The notes under the pieces are model-generated. The model ran no database searches, had not been told where the DNA came from, and saw nothing but the letters and a program-made list of their open reading frames with translations. Below are positions 1-11,000 of a stretch of DNA of 64,000 nucleotides, piece by piece (the stretch's first letter is position 1; every line of letters starts with the position of its first letter). Source of the DNA: a virus (Duplodnaviria > Caudoviricetes); the IMG/VR virus record IMGVR_UViG_3300025073_000989. One strand, 5' to 3'. The position numbers and the translations under genes are program-made.

Positions 1-192
1 TTCTAAGTTCTCAAGCTGATATAAGTTTTTAGCTTGTAGAGATTTTTTACATGAAATAGTAACAGCTGCTATAAATCATACAAGAGATCCATACGGCTAT
101 TGGACTAGCGAAAATAGTTCACCAATAGATTTAGAAAAATTAAGATTATTAATTCAAAAGTAAATAAGAAAAACAACGGAGGACTTTAAACT

Positions 193-1107
193 ATGAAAAG
201 ATTTACAATTGGTACTGACCCGGAATTTTTTCTAAAAGAAAAAGAAACCGGAAAATTAGTATCAGCCATACCATATATTAACGGAACAAAGCATGAACCT
301 GAAGCCCTACCATCTGGTGGTACTATTCAAAGGGATAATGTAGCAGTAGAATTTGCAACTGCACCAGCAGTCTCAATGGATGACTTTATAAAAAAGATCA
401 GAGAAACATTCAAAGATGTACTTAAAGTAATTCCAGATAATTTCGATTTAGTAGCAACACCATCTGCTGTATTTGATGATGATCAATTAGAACACCCTGA
501 CGCTTTGACTTTCGGATGTGATCCAGATTATAACGCTTGGACCATTTCCGAAAACTCTGAAAATAATAAACCTAGTCATCCGAACAAAAACTTTAGAAGC
601 TGTGGGGGCCATATACACGTTGGACATGTAAGCGGTGATGGTAACGATTTTCTGCTAGATCCTTTTGGTAAAATTAATATGGTTAGGGGTATGGATCTAG
701 TTCACGGAATAGTATCAGTTATACTAGATAGTTCTATCGAGTCGATAGAAAGAAGAAAGCTGTACGGAAGCGCCGGCTGTCACCGCCCAACAGACTATGG
801 AGTTGAGTATAGAGTTCTAAGTAATTATTGGCTAAAGAGCCCTTTTCTAGTAATGCTTATGGATTCTTTAACACAAGATGTTTTAAAGTTAATTAAAGAA
901 AACAAACTTAATCAACTTATTAATTTTGTTGGTGAACAAGAAATTCAAAGTATTATAAACAATGGAGATGTCGCAAATGCCAATAGTATTTTTAATAAAG
1001 CTATAAAGAGCTGTCTAAGTGCAGATTCTATTTTTTACTTTGAAGAGAGTCTAAAGAGAGTTGAAAATATTAACCTGAAAAAAGAATGGGGACTTGAGGA
1101 GGTCTAA
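193..1107 (+). CDS. phiEco32-like COOH-NH2 ligase (type 2), copy 1
   Basis: Motifs TIGTDPEFFL, DNVAVEF, GCDPDYNAW, RSCGGHIHVG, YGSAGCHRPTDYGVEYRVLSNYW; GGAGG RBS upstream. Confidence 0.85.
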   Translation: MKRFTIGTDPEFFLKEKETGKLVSAIPYINGTKHEPEALPSGGTIQRDNVAVEFATAPAVSMDDFIKKIRETFKDVLKVIPDNFDLVATPSAVFDDDQLEHPDALTFGCDPDYNAWTISENSENNKPSHPNKNFRSCGGHIHVGHVSGDGNDFLLDPFGKINMVRGMDLVHGIVSVILDSSIESIERRKLYGSAGCHRPTDYGVEYRVLSNYWLKSPFLVMLMDSLTQDVLKLIKENKLNQLINFVGEQEIQSIINNGDVANANSIFNKAIKSCLSADSIFYFEESLKRVENINLKKEWGLEEV

Positions 1108-1902
1108 ATGTCAAAACGTATTGCAATTCCGGCCAGTAAAAGTAAAAATCAATTTTTTATTAATCAAGCGTATATTGAATATTTAACACAGGCTGGGTAT
1201 GAGGTAGTAATAGTTACACCATCAAGTAGTATACATGACACTGTAGCATCATGTTTTGGTTTAGTACTACCTGGTGGAATTGATATAGACCCGATTTATT
1301 ATGGAGAAGATAATATATGTTGCCAAGGAAGTGACCCGGAAAAAGATGATTTCGAAAGGAAGTTGTTTTATTCTTTCTTGAATCAAAACAAACCAATATT
1401 TGGTATATGCCGTGGTTTCCAATTGATAATGCGAGAGCTTATAGTCAACAAAATTCCTGGATATAAGTCTTTTTGTTTCTATCAGAATTTAAATAGGCAC
1501 AAAAATGTAGACGAGCTAGGAATAGCAAGGACAATACCAAGCCATAGTGTTACAGCAGCAGTTGGTACTTTGTATGGAGTGGAAGAACTATATAGCAGCA
1601 TATTTGTAAATTCTATGCACCATCAAGCAGTAATTATTAAAGTAGAAAGAAAAACAAACCCTTTAGTCCAAGTAGGACAGATATTTCCTCTAGCTGTAAC
1701 AAAAATAGGTCTAACGAGTAATATTTCCAACGAAGAGATTAAGAAGAAAACCAAAGAGGCTTTTGTAGTAGAAGCTTTAGGGGCAAGTATAAATAACACA
1801 AAAATAAGAGCAGTACAATGGCACCCGGAAGAGCTTCGAGATATAGCTCTATTACAAAACTTCTTTGGTGAAAAAGAAGAAAAGTTAATTGTAGGTAAAT
1901 AA
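1108..1902 (+). CDS. Class I glutamine amidotransferase / peptidase C26 (PuuD-like), copy 1
   Basis: LVLPGGIDIDP, GICRGFQ (catalytic Cys), VNSMHHQA, VQWHPE. Confidence 0.85.
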   Translation: MSKRIAIPASKSKNQFFINQAYIEYLTQAGYEVVIVTPSSSIHDTVASCFGLVLPGGIDIDPIYYGEDNICCQGSDPEKDDFERKLFYSFLNQNKPIFGICRGFQLIMRELIVNKIPGYKSFCFYQNLNRHKNVDELGIARTIPSHSVTAAVGTLYGVEELYSSIFVNSMHHQAVIIKVERKTNPLVQVGQIFPLAVTKIGLTSNISNEEIKKKTKEAFVVEALGASINNTKIRAVQWHPEELRDIALLQNFFGEKEEKLIVGK

Positions 1903-1904
1903 AT

Positions 1905-2174
1905 ATGGTAGACACTATAGACGATAATAAACTTAATGCCACAAGATGGAAACTAACTGTTTCTAGAGAGAACGGTACTACAGAACTTGAGCGCCTCGGC
2001 TTATCGCAACTCAAGCCTGTTTTAAAAAGAATAAAAGAACAGAACCCAAATAGTGATGGAGTTAAATTAATAAATACTACATTACTTGTGTTTGCTTACA
2101 TTGAACACTTCCTACAAGAGAGTCCACTTTCTTCACCAGTAGACAGAATACAAATACAACCGCTTGATACATAA
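1905..2174 (+). CDS. Hypothetical protein
   Basis: 89 aa ORF packed between neighbours in the same orientation. Confidence 0.5.
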   Translation: MVDTIDDNKLNATRWKLTVSRENGTTELERLGLSQLKPVLKRIKEQNPNSDGVKLINTTLLVFAYIEHFLQESPLSSPVDRIQIQPLDT

Positions 2175-3630
2175 GAATATGAAAGATAAATACCTTAGAG
2201 AAATAAATCCAAATTTTTCAGTTGTAGAACTTATAGCAGAAAAGTTTGACGATTATGATAAGCACCTTACTCCAAATGCCATAGTATTTGGAGGGGCAGT
2301 TAGAGATATCCTAGCTGGGCTGCCACTAGAAGGAGATCTAGACGTTGCTATTTGCAAAGCCGAATTTCCAACTATAATTAAAAGTTTATTAGAATCACCA
2401 AGATGGCAAAAGACTTTGAACAAAGGTGAAATAAAAAAGTATAAAGCCTCGTTTTCAGTAGATTCAATAGTAACTTTTGAAAATCTAAATGGAAGTAAAG
2501 TACAAATAATAACACCAACACCTTCTCATTTACCTGAAGCCGATCCATTTGTCGAAGCCATTAGTATAGTAAGGCAAGTTGATATTTTATGTTGTGCTTT
2601 ATTTCTAGATAGTGATGGAAATATTTTTGAAGTTATACCTGGCGCTGAAGAAGATTGTAAAAAAAGAGTATTACGGTTGGCCAAAAAAGATAACCCAGAT
2701 CTAAATAAAATTAAAGAACGAATTAATAAGTTAGTTTCTAGGGGCTGGGTTTCTGAAATAGATCTTAGTAAACTTTTTTCTAAAAGTAAAAAATCAAGAA
2801 TAACTAAAAAACAAAAAATCGAAGATGAAACTAATTATTCACCATATAGTTACAAAGCACCATATAATTACAAAGTATTAATAACTGTATCAAACAACCC
2901 TTTTATTTCCTCAAAGTTGACTTTGAATCTAATTAAGTTAAGCCGAGAAGTAGATATAGCTTCAGGTGTTTTACGTAACAAGATTTTTAATTTTTGTTCT
3001 ATAAATAAAGGCTACACTATTGAACTAAAGCAAGTAAAACAAGAAGAAATGTACATTCGTTCTGACCTAAATAAATTACTTGAACTGTGTACTTTTTTGA
3101 AGTTAGAACCTGTAATACTAAATACATTAGAAAGAGAAAGTTCATATCATAACAGCGAAAAAAAATCTTTGGATACAGAACCTATACGAGGTATAATCGA
3201 CTTTTATAAATTAGACCAAGATCAAAAACAGTTTTCTGAGTCAATAAAGGACAAAATAACTGAAAGCCCATACGCGCTGGACAAAATAACTGAAAGCCCA
3301 TACGCGCCGGAAAGTACCTTGGCTAAAGCTAAAAATAGTATAGAAAATATCTCGGTAGAATATAATATTACTTATTCTCCACCAGAAATACCAAAACAAC
3401 ATACTAGTACTAAAAACGGATTTGATCCTAGTACTGTAATCGTTGATAAGGAGTTTTTTCTTATACCAGCAGTAAAGGGACAACAGACGGAGCACAGTAA
3501 CATAAACAGTGGGCGTAATTCTGCTAATAAGGATGGCCTATATTATCGCCTTGAGCCTGCTACTACGACTTTTGTGAATAAAGTAGAATATAGGCGCAGA
3601 AAGGAGCAACTAGATATAGATGAAGGATAA
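2164..3630 (+). CDS. Divergent class II nucleotidyltransferase (CCA-adding/poly(A) polymerase head) with long unrelated C-terminus
   Basis: IVFGGAVRDILAG..GDLDVAI matches the GGxVRD..DxD signature; downstream DFT(I/M)NA-type and RxxR motifs are degenerate. Confidence 0.7.
   Translation: MIHKNMKDKYLREINPNFSVVELIAEKFDDYDKHLTPNAIVFGGAVRDILAGLPLEGDLDVAICKAEFPTIIKSLLESPRWQKTLNKGEIKKYKASFSVDSIVTFENLNGSKVQIITPTPSHLPEADPFVEAISIVRQVDILCCALFLDSDGNIFEVIPGAEEDCKKRVLRLAKKDNPDLNKIKERINKLVSRGWVSEIDLSKLFSKSKKSRITKKQKIEDETNYSPYSYKAPYNYKVLITVSNNPFISSKLTLNLIKLSREVDIASGVLRNKIFNFCSINKGYTIELKQVKQEEMYIRSDLNKLLELCTFLKLEPVILNTLERESSYHNSEKKSLDTEPIRGIIDFYKLDQDQKQFSESIKDKITESPYALDKITESPYAPESTLAKAKNSIENISVEYNITYSPPEIPKQHTSTKNGFDPSTVIVDKEFFLIPAVKGQQTEHSNINSGRNSANKDGLYYRLEPATTTFVNKVEYRRRKEQLDIDEG
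3249..3308 (+). repeat. 30-bp in-frame tandem duplication (DKITESPYA x2)
   Basis: ggacaaaataactgaaagcccatacgcgc(t/c) occurs twice back to back. Confidence 0.95.
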
Positions 3631-4024
3631 ATTAGAGGACGTCGGTTATATTTTTGTTTATGGTACTTTAAAAGTAGGAGGTACGTTTTCAAAACAGTTT
3701 GACAATTTTAGATTGAAAACCACCCCAGCCTCAATAAAAGGAACGATGTTTTTAGCACCCGGTAACTGGTTTCCAATAGGAATTTTGGGCGGAAACAACA
3801 TCATAAGGGGTGAATTACACAAATACGATTCTTTTACAGAAGTAATTAGAAGTTTAGATAGAATAGAGGGTTACTACGGAGAAAACGAACACAACTTATA
3901 TAATCGCAAACAAACAGCCGTTATAACAGATACAGGTAAGACATATGTTGCTACAGTTTATGAGTTTAACAGGGATGTTAGCAAACTAAAAGTAATTAGA
4001 TCTGGAGAATGGGAAATTAAATAA
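3620..4024 (+). CDS. Gamma-glutamylcyclotransferase (AIG2/YtfP-like)
   Basis: IFVYGTLKVGG, LDRIEGY, YNR motifs. Confidence 0.85.
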   Translation: MKDKLEDVGYIFVYGTLKVGGTFSKQFDNFRLKTTPASIKGTMFLAPGNWFPIGILGGNNIIRGELHKYDSFTEVIRSLDRIEGYYGENEHNLYNRKQTAVITDTGKTYVATVYEFNRDVSKLKVIRSGEWEIK

Positions 4025-4046
4025 TTCCCGATAAGGAGTAATAGAA

Positions 4047-4316
4047 ATGAAAATTAGAAAAATTAGTACTAAAACGGACTACTCATACTCTGTTGGTAAC
4101 ATATCAGATGTAGATGGTTCAGAGTTAGTGGTAGAAAAAATTACACAAGTACGAAAAGGCCGGTATGATATCTACCATGAATATTGGTATTCCGTACATT
4201 TTGCTGATAGTACAGCACACTGTTTAATTCCGGCCTCAGAGATTACTAGTCTTATTTATGACGTAAGTAAAGAAGAAAAGAAAAAGAATGAAGTACCGGA
4301 ATTACCGGAAGAATAA
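4047..4316 (+). CDS. Hypothetical protein
   Basis: 89 aa ORF with AAGGAG RBS. Confidence 0.6.
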   Translation: MKIRKISTKTDYSYSVGNISDVDGSELVVEKITQVRKGRYDIYHEYWYSVHFADSTAHCLIPASEITSLIYDVSKEEKKKNEVPELPEE

Positions 4317-4353
4317 ACCAATTATTAAAATTATAGTAAAACGGAGTTACTGA

Positions 4354-5055
4354 ATGTCAGGAAACAAAATACTTGTTGTAAACGGCTATAGCTATGCTGC
4401 GGCTATTGCTGGATTAGGCGCAGTTACTTTTGATGTAAATGAATTTTATAGTAAACCAGAAGACTTCAAGTTGGTAATGTTTACTGGAGGGGAAGATGTT
4501 TCTCCAGAATTATACGGAGATACTAGTCCACGTAGAGTGTGCCAGAATAGCTGGAAAAGAGATATGGAAGAACTAGATATCTTTAATTCTGCCATTAAAC
4601 ATGGTATAAAAATGACAGGTATATGTAGAGGATCTCAATTTCTAAATGTAATGTCTGGCGGAAAAATGATACACCACCTAAATAATCATGGAGGAGTTAC
4701 GCATGGTTTTGTAAGCCCAAAAAACAGAGAAGTACTACTTGTAAACTCTTTACATCATCAAATGATGATTCCCTCTGAAGAAGGTATTGTAATAGGTTGG
4801 GCAGAAAGAAAATTAGCCACTATATACTTAGGCAACACTGATGAGGTTACTGCGTGGGATGATGTAGAAGTAGAGGCTATTTTCTACCCAAAGACCCTAT
4901 GTTGTGGAGTACAATATCACCCTGAAATAATGAAAAAAGAGTCAGACGGTTATAGATTTTTCCACGAAATGATAGCAGACTTTTTAATGATGACTGCAAA
5001 ACAATTTTCTAGAATATATACTGCAAATGAAAAAACACATCAAGCATATAGGTAG
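4354..5055 (+). CDS. Class I glutamine amidotransferase / peptidase C26, copy 2
   Basis: FTGGEDVSPELYG, GICRGSQ, VNSLHHQM, VQYHPE. Confidence 0.85.
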   Translation: MSGNKILVVNGYSYAAAIAGLGAVTFDVNEFYSKPEDFKLVMFTGGEDVSPELYGDTSPRRVCQNSWKRDMEELDIFNSAIKHGIKMTGICRGSQFLNVMSGGKMIHHLNNHGGVTHGFVSPKNREVLLVNSLHHQMMIPSEEGIVIGWAERKLATIYLGNTDEVTAWDDVEVEAIFYPKTLCCGVQYHPEIMKKESDGYRFFHEMIADFLMMTAKQFSRIYTANEKTHQAYR

Positions 5056-5506
5056 TCATGGTAAGAATGAACATGTACAATTAATTGTGGCAGCGCCGGA
5101 CGGAAGAATTCTACTTTTTAGAAGTAAAAGCCCAAATTCTACTTTTTATAAAAGTACGCATGTAGATACTTGGACCATTACAAATTCTAGGTTTCTGTCT
5201 GAAAATAAAACTGATTTAGAGATGATTGAAGTTTTGTTGTTTACCATGTTCGGTGTTAGGCTAGGACAAGCTGCAGAAAACTATATTTTAGAGCATTTAG
5301 TAGATATTAAAGTAAATGGGTACAAAGAGATTTTTGTATACCAACTAAAAATAAATAATTGTATAGAATTATTACCTAGTTCACTGGCTGAACTAAAACT
5401 ACTAAATTTTAATGATATTAAAAAAGAAATTAGAGATCGTCGTCATGCATTTGCGGTAGACTCTACTTCTGTAATAGAAGAACTAACAATCAAAAAACTA
5501 ATCTAA
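5027..5506 (+). CDS. Hypothetical protein, possibly degenerate Nudix fold
   Basis: N-terminal IVAAPDGRILLFRS resembles the first Nudix strands but no Nudix box is present. Confidence 0.35.
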   Translation: MKKHIKHIGSHGKNEHVQLIVAAPDGRILLFRSKSPNSTFYKSTHVDTWTITNSRFLSENKTDLEMIEVLLFTMFGVRLGQAAENYILEHLVDIKVNGYKEIFVYQLKINNCIELLPSSLAELKLLNFNDIKKEIRDRRHAFAVDSTSVIEELTIKKLI

Positions 5507-5516
5507 AGGACAAAAG

Positions 5517-6005
5517 ATGTTAGATTTTGAAAAAGTAGTAGGAGAAGAAGTATTTATAGCTACGGAAATCGAAGAAGGTGTCGTAGCTGATATATTTTTA
5601 TTTAGAAATATTTCAGATCTACATAAACACCTTCTAAGTATAAACCTAGATAGTGCTACTATATTACATGGTTATTTAAATCAAGCAAAGTTTTTGCCTA
5701 GTAAGTTAAACAATAGAAGCATTTTTATAATAATCAAAGACGATATAATTGACAATAAAGGTATTATATATGAATTTGAAGAGAATAAAATAGAACTATT
5801 AGAACAAGAAATAGGTGAAATTCTTGATGGAAAAACATGTTTGATGCTAGGATGTACATATGAGCCAGAAATAGAGCAAGTATATATACTTTACGGTTAT
5901 GAAGTGCCACTAAAGCTTACAGTCAGTGAGGCTGATTTAGATGAAGAGGCCATAGAAACCTGTAAAAAACTTTCATCAGAAGTAGATAATTTAAAAATAG
6001 GCTAG
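5517..6005 (+). CDS. Acidic hypothetical protein
   Basis: 162 aa ORF, AAGGA RBS, operonic spacing. Confidence 0.6.
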   Translation: MLDFEKVVGEEVFIATEIEEGVVADIFLFRNISDLHKHLLSINLDSATILHGYLNQAKFLPSKLNNRSIFIIIKDDIIDNKGIIYEFEENKIELLEQEIGEILDGKTCLMLGCTYEPEIEQVYILYGYEVPLKLTVSEADLDEEAIETCKKLSSEVDNLKIG

Positions 6006-6008
6006 CTT

Positions 6009-6404
6009 ATGGGAAAAAAAGTAAGTATTTTATTATCCCAATCCGAAACAAAGTATACTGGTAGACTCCTGGGATTTGTTACTGAAGAAGAGTTTAGATG
6101 TATAATAAGTAGTAACGGCTTGGTCAAAAAAATAAGTACTTCGGAATCTCTGAGTCTAAGAGATCTAATAAAGGCTGATGCTAGAATTAAGGGAAACAGA
6201 TTAGTTTTTTCCATAAATCTAGAAGAAAACAAAGCACAAGAAAAAATCAGTAACACTGTACACTACAATACACTGCTCATTACAGATACAATAGAGGATT
6301 TAACTTATTCAACTATGAGAACGGATTCTACTGAAGCTGGTTTCTCTTTTAGCTCAAACATAGAACAGTGGTTGATAATAGAAGAACCAACTAAACAGGA
6401 CTAG
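6009..6404 (+). CDS. Hypothetical protein
   Basis: 131 aa ORF, operonic spacing. Confidence 0.55.
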   Translation: MGKKVSILLSQSETKYTGRLLGFVTEEEFRCIISSNGLVKKISTSESLSLRDLIKADARIKGNRLVFSINLEENKAQEKISNTVHYNTLLITDTIEDLTYSTMRTDSTEAGFSFSSNIEQWLIIEEPTKQD

Positions 6405-6414
6405 TTTAAACGAT

Positions 6415-7113
6415 ATGGATATAAATACTAAGTATATAAAAAAGAATTTTTTACTACCTTGTACAAAATTTTCTATAGAGAAGATAACGTCAGGAGTTAT
6501 TATACCGGGTTCTATAGGGTTTGTTTGTTTTAATAGTAACAAAGATTTTAATCTATATAGCCTCGATGCAATTATAATAAGACGAGGCAAAAAAGGAAGA
6601 AATAGAGTAGATTGTGTACGAATTAAAAGTCCTGCCTTCTTTTCTGAAGAGACTGATGTTGCTATTGTAAATAATAGTTGTAATATACTACGTATTATTC
6701 CAGAATCCTTTGAAAATAATCACATATTAGCTATGTCAAATATTGAGTATATTGGATGGGCCATTTCTATGGCTAACTTTTTAGCTTTTATATATTCCAC
6801 ATATAGCAGTAAAACAGCTTGGCCGGACGGTCCTATAAATAATTTACATAACATTTCCTCTAAAGAATTAAAGTTGTTGGAGCATGAACCTGATTTGTTT
6901 TTCGAAAAATATTCTACAAGTAAAAGCAGACGTACTTTTATTCAAGCTGCAAGACGAATGTATTGTAGTTTAATGCTTGGTATAAAACGGTATGAAAAGT
7001 GGACAAAAGACATACTACATAATAGCAATCTAGGCTATCTAGCAGCAAATATTGACAAAAAGAATAAAGCACTGCATGCAGAACTTAAACTTCTTGCTGA
7101 GGGGGAAAATTAG
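6415..7113 (+). CDS. Hypothetical protein, paralog of next gene
   Basis: Shares GSIG(F/Y)V and IRxG..G.RV(D/E) N-terminal motifs with 7118-7972. Confidence 0.6.
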   Translation: MDINTKYIKKNFLLPCTKFSIEKITSGVIIPGSIGFVCFNSNKDFNLYSLDAIIIRRGKKGRNRVDCVRIKSPAFFSEETDVAIVNNSCNILRIIPESFENNHILAMSNIEYIGWAISMANFLAFIYSTYSSKTAWPDGPINNLHNISSKELKLLEHEPDLFFEKYSTSKSRRTFIQAARRMYCSLMLGIKRYEKWTKDILHNSNLGYLAANIDKKNKALHAELKLLAEGEN

Positions 7114-7117
7114 AACC

Positions 7118-7972
7118 ATGTATAAAACTGGTAGTAAAATTCAGCTTGTGGCTAGTAATGTCAAAAACATAGGACCAAAAACAGGGAGCATAGGATATGT
7201 AATTGATAGCCATGATATTGTTAGACTATCAACACTTAAAGAAGTAGGCTATGTAGTAAGAATTTATGTTGAATTTATTAGATACGGATTTGAAACAGGT
7301 CAAAGGGTAGAAAAAAGAAATATCTTTCATATAATACCGCTAAATACTGGGATAGATTTTTATACTAGTTTAGTACATAGTCCTGATTTTATAAGCGCGC
7401 TAGAAAGAGTGCTTGATACAAAAGATATTATTTGTTGTGTAGCGGTACCGATAAATAAAAAAACGTATTTTACAAAAGATAAAAATGAAGGTATAAATTG
7501 GTTGAACTCGTTTTTTAGTAGTTACTGTTTTCAGGGACTATTAGAAAATCTTAGCCGACGCGGAAACAAGGATTTTATAAAAAATACAGATATAGAGGAG
7601 CTTTTAAGTTTAGTAGAAAATAAAAACAAAAAAAGTATTATTTTTTCAGAGATAAGGAAAGGTAATTATAGTTTATTGGATTTAATAAGGTCGGTACAAA
7701 AAGTCTCAGCTGTATATGAAAAGAATAAACTAAATCAATCTATACAAAGAGTAGTACAAAGTCCAATGCAATTTCTTAAACCAGGTAGTATATTAACTAC
7801 TATGATACTAAGTAACCTATACTTGCCAGGCTGGCCTGAGATAAAAGAAAAGATTCTAGAAAAAACAAAAGAAACAGAAAGGAGGTTAGAGATATCGGAA
7901 ATCATTAAGCTCCATGAAACAGTTAGAGACAGCTTGGACTCTTTTTCCCGATCCTTAGAAACAAAAGGATAA
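7118..7972 (+). CDS. Hypothetical protein, paralog of previous gene
   Basis: Start moved from the track value 7052 to the ATG at 7118 just after the previous stop; shared N-terminal motifs. Confidence 0.55.
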   Translation: MYKTGSKIQLVASNVKNIGPKTGSIGYVIDSHDIVRLSTLKEVGYVVRIYVEFIRYGFETGQRVEKRNIFHIIPLNTGIDFYTSLVHSPDFISALERVLDTKDIICCVAVPINKKTYFTKDKNEGINWLNSFFSSYCFQGLLENLSRRGNKDFIKNTDIEELLSLVENKNKKSIIFSEIRKGNYSLLDLIRSVQKVSAVYEKNKLNQSIQRVVQSPMQFLKPGSILTTMILSNLYLPGWPEIKEKILEKTKETERRLEISEIIKLHETVRDSLDSFSRSLETKG

Positions 7973-8029
7973 GGACAGGACATTTAACGTTAAAATGTAT
8001 ACTTTTAACAAAAAAATCCGGAGGTACCG

Positions 8030-11000
8030 ATGTCTTCAGTACAGATTGATCAAAAATTGAAATTTCTCTGCGAAGGAATCAAAAAACAATTTTTTAGTAA
8101 ATCAAGTGTAGATCTGATCAGTAAAAAGAAAGAAGGAAATCTTAGTATTACTTTTGAAAACAACTCTTTATGGATCAATATTTATGATGGAAAAAATAGC
8201 CACAGCATAGCTATACCAATACCATATTTAGACAAAGATTTACAGCTTTTAGTAAAGAACGATGTAGTACGAGCAACTTGCCCGTATTTTGTAGTAGGAC
8301 TTAACCAAGAGTTAGATTATATGGATCTCCTGTATACGGTTATTTGTGGGGATCCGTCATGTATTATTGAGGAGGATATTTTTCAAAGAACGCCCTTTAT
8401 TCAGCAAATTAGCTATTCTATAGAAAATGGTAACACATCATTTATAGCCCTAAAACTACAAAAAGTTATCAACAATATAGTAAATAATTTACCACTGCAC
8501 GAGGGCTCAATGAAGTCTTGGATCATGAACAAACGGCTCATGTTTATAGATCCAACATTTAACGCTTTGATTAACCCGAAAGACAGACTTTCATATCAAG
8601 TAAGCAAAGCTGAAGCGTTTTTTAATAAAGGATGGACACAAATAGGTCTTCCTGATGGTACAATGGTAGATAAAAATTACATGTTGAAGGTAGATTTAAA
8701 GCGCTTTGTTCCTTTTGGAAACCAGTTTCACAACCCAGCTAGAAATTTATACTCTACATTGGGGATGAATGGCGACGAGCTGCCAATGGTTCGTTCTGAG
8801 TCAATGCAGATCCTTATTGATAAAGGTATAAGTAGAACAGGATGGAATTTGTTTACGGTTTTTTATGATATTCCTGATACATGGGAAGATCAAATAATGG
8901 TAGATAGTTCACATGCAACAAAATTTATAACATATACAAAAAGGTACCAATGCTTTGGCACTGTATTAGTAAAAGAAAACGACGATTTAAAACAAGGACA
9001 ACAACTATCAAAAGCAATAGACGGCAACGGTGAGATATTTGATGAATTAGCCGAAGAGGCACATGTATCTAAAATTAATGAAATACTAGTTAATGTTGGT
9101 GGTGTTCCAGTAAAAGGATTTAATGTTATAGTATCTTATAAACGATATCTAAAAGAGGGTGTAAAAATAACCAACCTTTCGGCAAACAAAGGTGTGATAC
9201 GATTAGGGAAGCTAGGTTTTGCTGTAGACCCAAAAACTGGAGAACAACGAAAAATAGATGTAATTGTAGGACTGTCAGCAGTTAAAAAAAGAAAGAATTA
9301 TGCTCAAATATTTGAAGCACTATTAAATGTTGTAAACCAAGAAAGAGTTACAATAGTAGCCGACGATATTAAAAGTACTCTCGGTGATATCAAAAATCGT
9401 CTATTGGCGGAAGGTTTTCCAGAAGACGGTAGTAGGATGTGTCATACATACGCAGGTAATTTTTCTGCACTATGTGGTACTGTTTTCTGGGGAGTTATCC
9501 ATGATGTAGAGAATACAATATGGGACAAAGATACGACGTTTGGGGTAAATGGTAGAGGTTTAAGGACAACTGGCTTAAAGTTTTCTACAGTTGAGTTTAG
9601 AGCGCTAGAAACACGCTTTGGTAAAGATAATCCAGTACTAGCAGAAGTGTTATCTTATTCCCAAGGAACAACCGATTTGACAAATATGTTGGATGTTCTA
9701 AAAAGTAAACTTAATATAATTAAACCAGAAACACCGTGTTTGACTATAGATAATGTTAGAGAGGTTGATCAAACAACGTCAACTATAGTAAACGGAGATA
9801 TACTTTACGGCACTGTTGTAGATGAAATGTTTTATCCTAATGGTTTTGTACTACAACTGCCCTATATTTTTACAACAGCCTTAAACGGGAACAATAAAGT
9901 TGTATATGAAGGCATAAAAAATACTAATGTAAGTGCCCACAAGAAAATTAGTATAGACAAATTATATATTCCATGTGGAAATTTAAGAAAGAGTTGGCGC
10001 CACGGTACAGCTAAGTATGGGTTAAGCGAGATAGGTTCCGCAGTAAATAGAATAGTAATTACATCAAAAAGGTTAATAAAAGAACCAACCTCTAAAAACA
10101 ACATTACTATGTATTACAGCGCAATATCAAACTACTTTAAGCTAATAAGTAGAATACTTGGCACTAAAAATGGAGAGCTAAATAACTACGGTATGGCTGT
10201 AAGATACCCATATTCTGCAAAAGCAGTTGCAACCTTAAGTACAACTTTACCAAAAAACGTAATAGAAATTAATTCATCAGTAGCAAAAAAATTACAAATA
10301 GAAACAGGAGATGTAGTACTAGTAGAAAGATTTCCATGTTTAGGTTTTATGTCGCTTAGGCCACAAAAAATAAAGGTTACAGAAGACGATAAATGCAGAT
10401 ACACGATACGTGTTAGCGGTAATAGTTTAGGTTCTATGGGGTTAGATTTTGATGGTGATGTTATATACATAGCTGCCTTTCATACAGAAGAAGCAAAAGC
10501 ACTTCTAAATAAAGAATGGAAAAATCCCGACAAAACGTGCTATGATATTATTAAAAAATACAACGTTCAAAAAAGTAACCCTAGATTACAGGAAGTTACT
10601 ATTGACAATATTGATATAAAGGGATTTTCTCCGCTAACTATAGAAGAGCAAACAGGTATAGTAGGAGAACTTGCGGGAGTAAAAGCCTTTACTGGACCGG
10701 TAATAGCCTTTTTATACAATTTAATGAGAATTCTTGAAAATTCTAATATAAATAATAAAAAAAGAACGGCCGCCGGTCTAGAAGAAATGTTTACCATAAT
10801 AGGAGAATCAGTTTTTGATTTAAAGCATGGGATCAAATCCCCACATGACGTGTTTGTAGAAGCAATATGTACAGCAGATATAAATACGTTAGTAGAAAAT
10901 GACTTTGATAGAAGTACTTCTACTATTTTATGTAATTTAATAAAACAAAAAGCAAAAGAACTCGGAGTTGTTGATTTAAAAACTTATCATGAAAGGGCTA

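Noticed and set aside
1-163. Stop-codon recoding suggested by an in-frame TGA at 17-19 in a coding-like edge fragment
   Set aside because: TGA, TAG and TAA all end well-supported genes elsewhere (for example TGA at 20026-20028, TAG for rtcB); the fragment cannot be judged at the window edge
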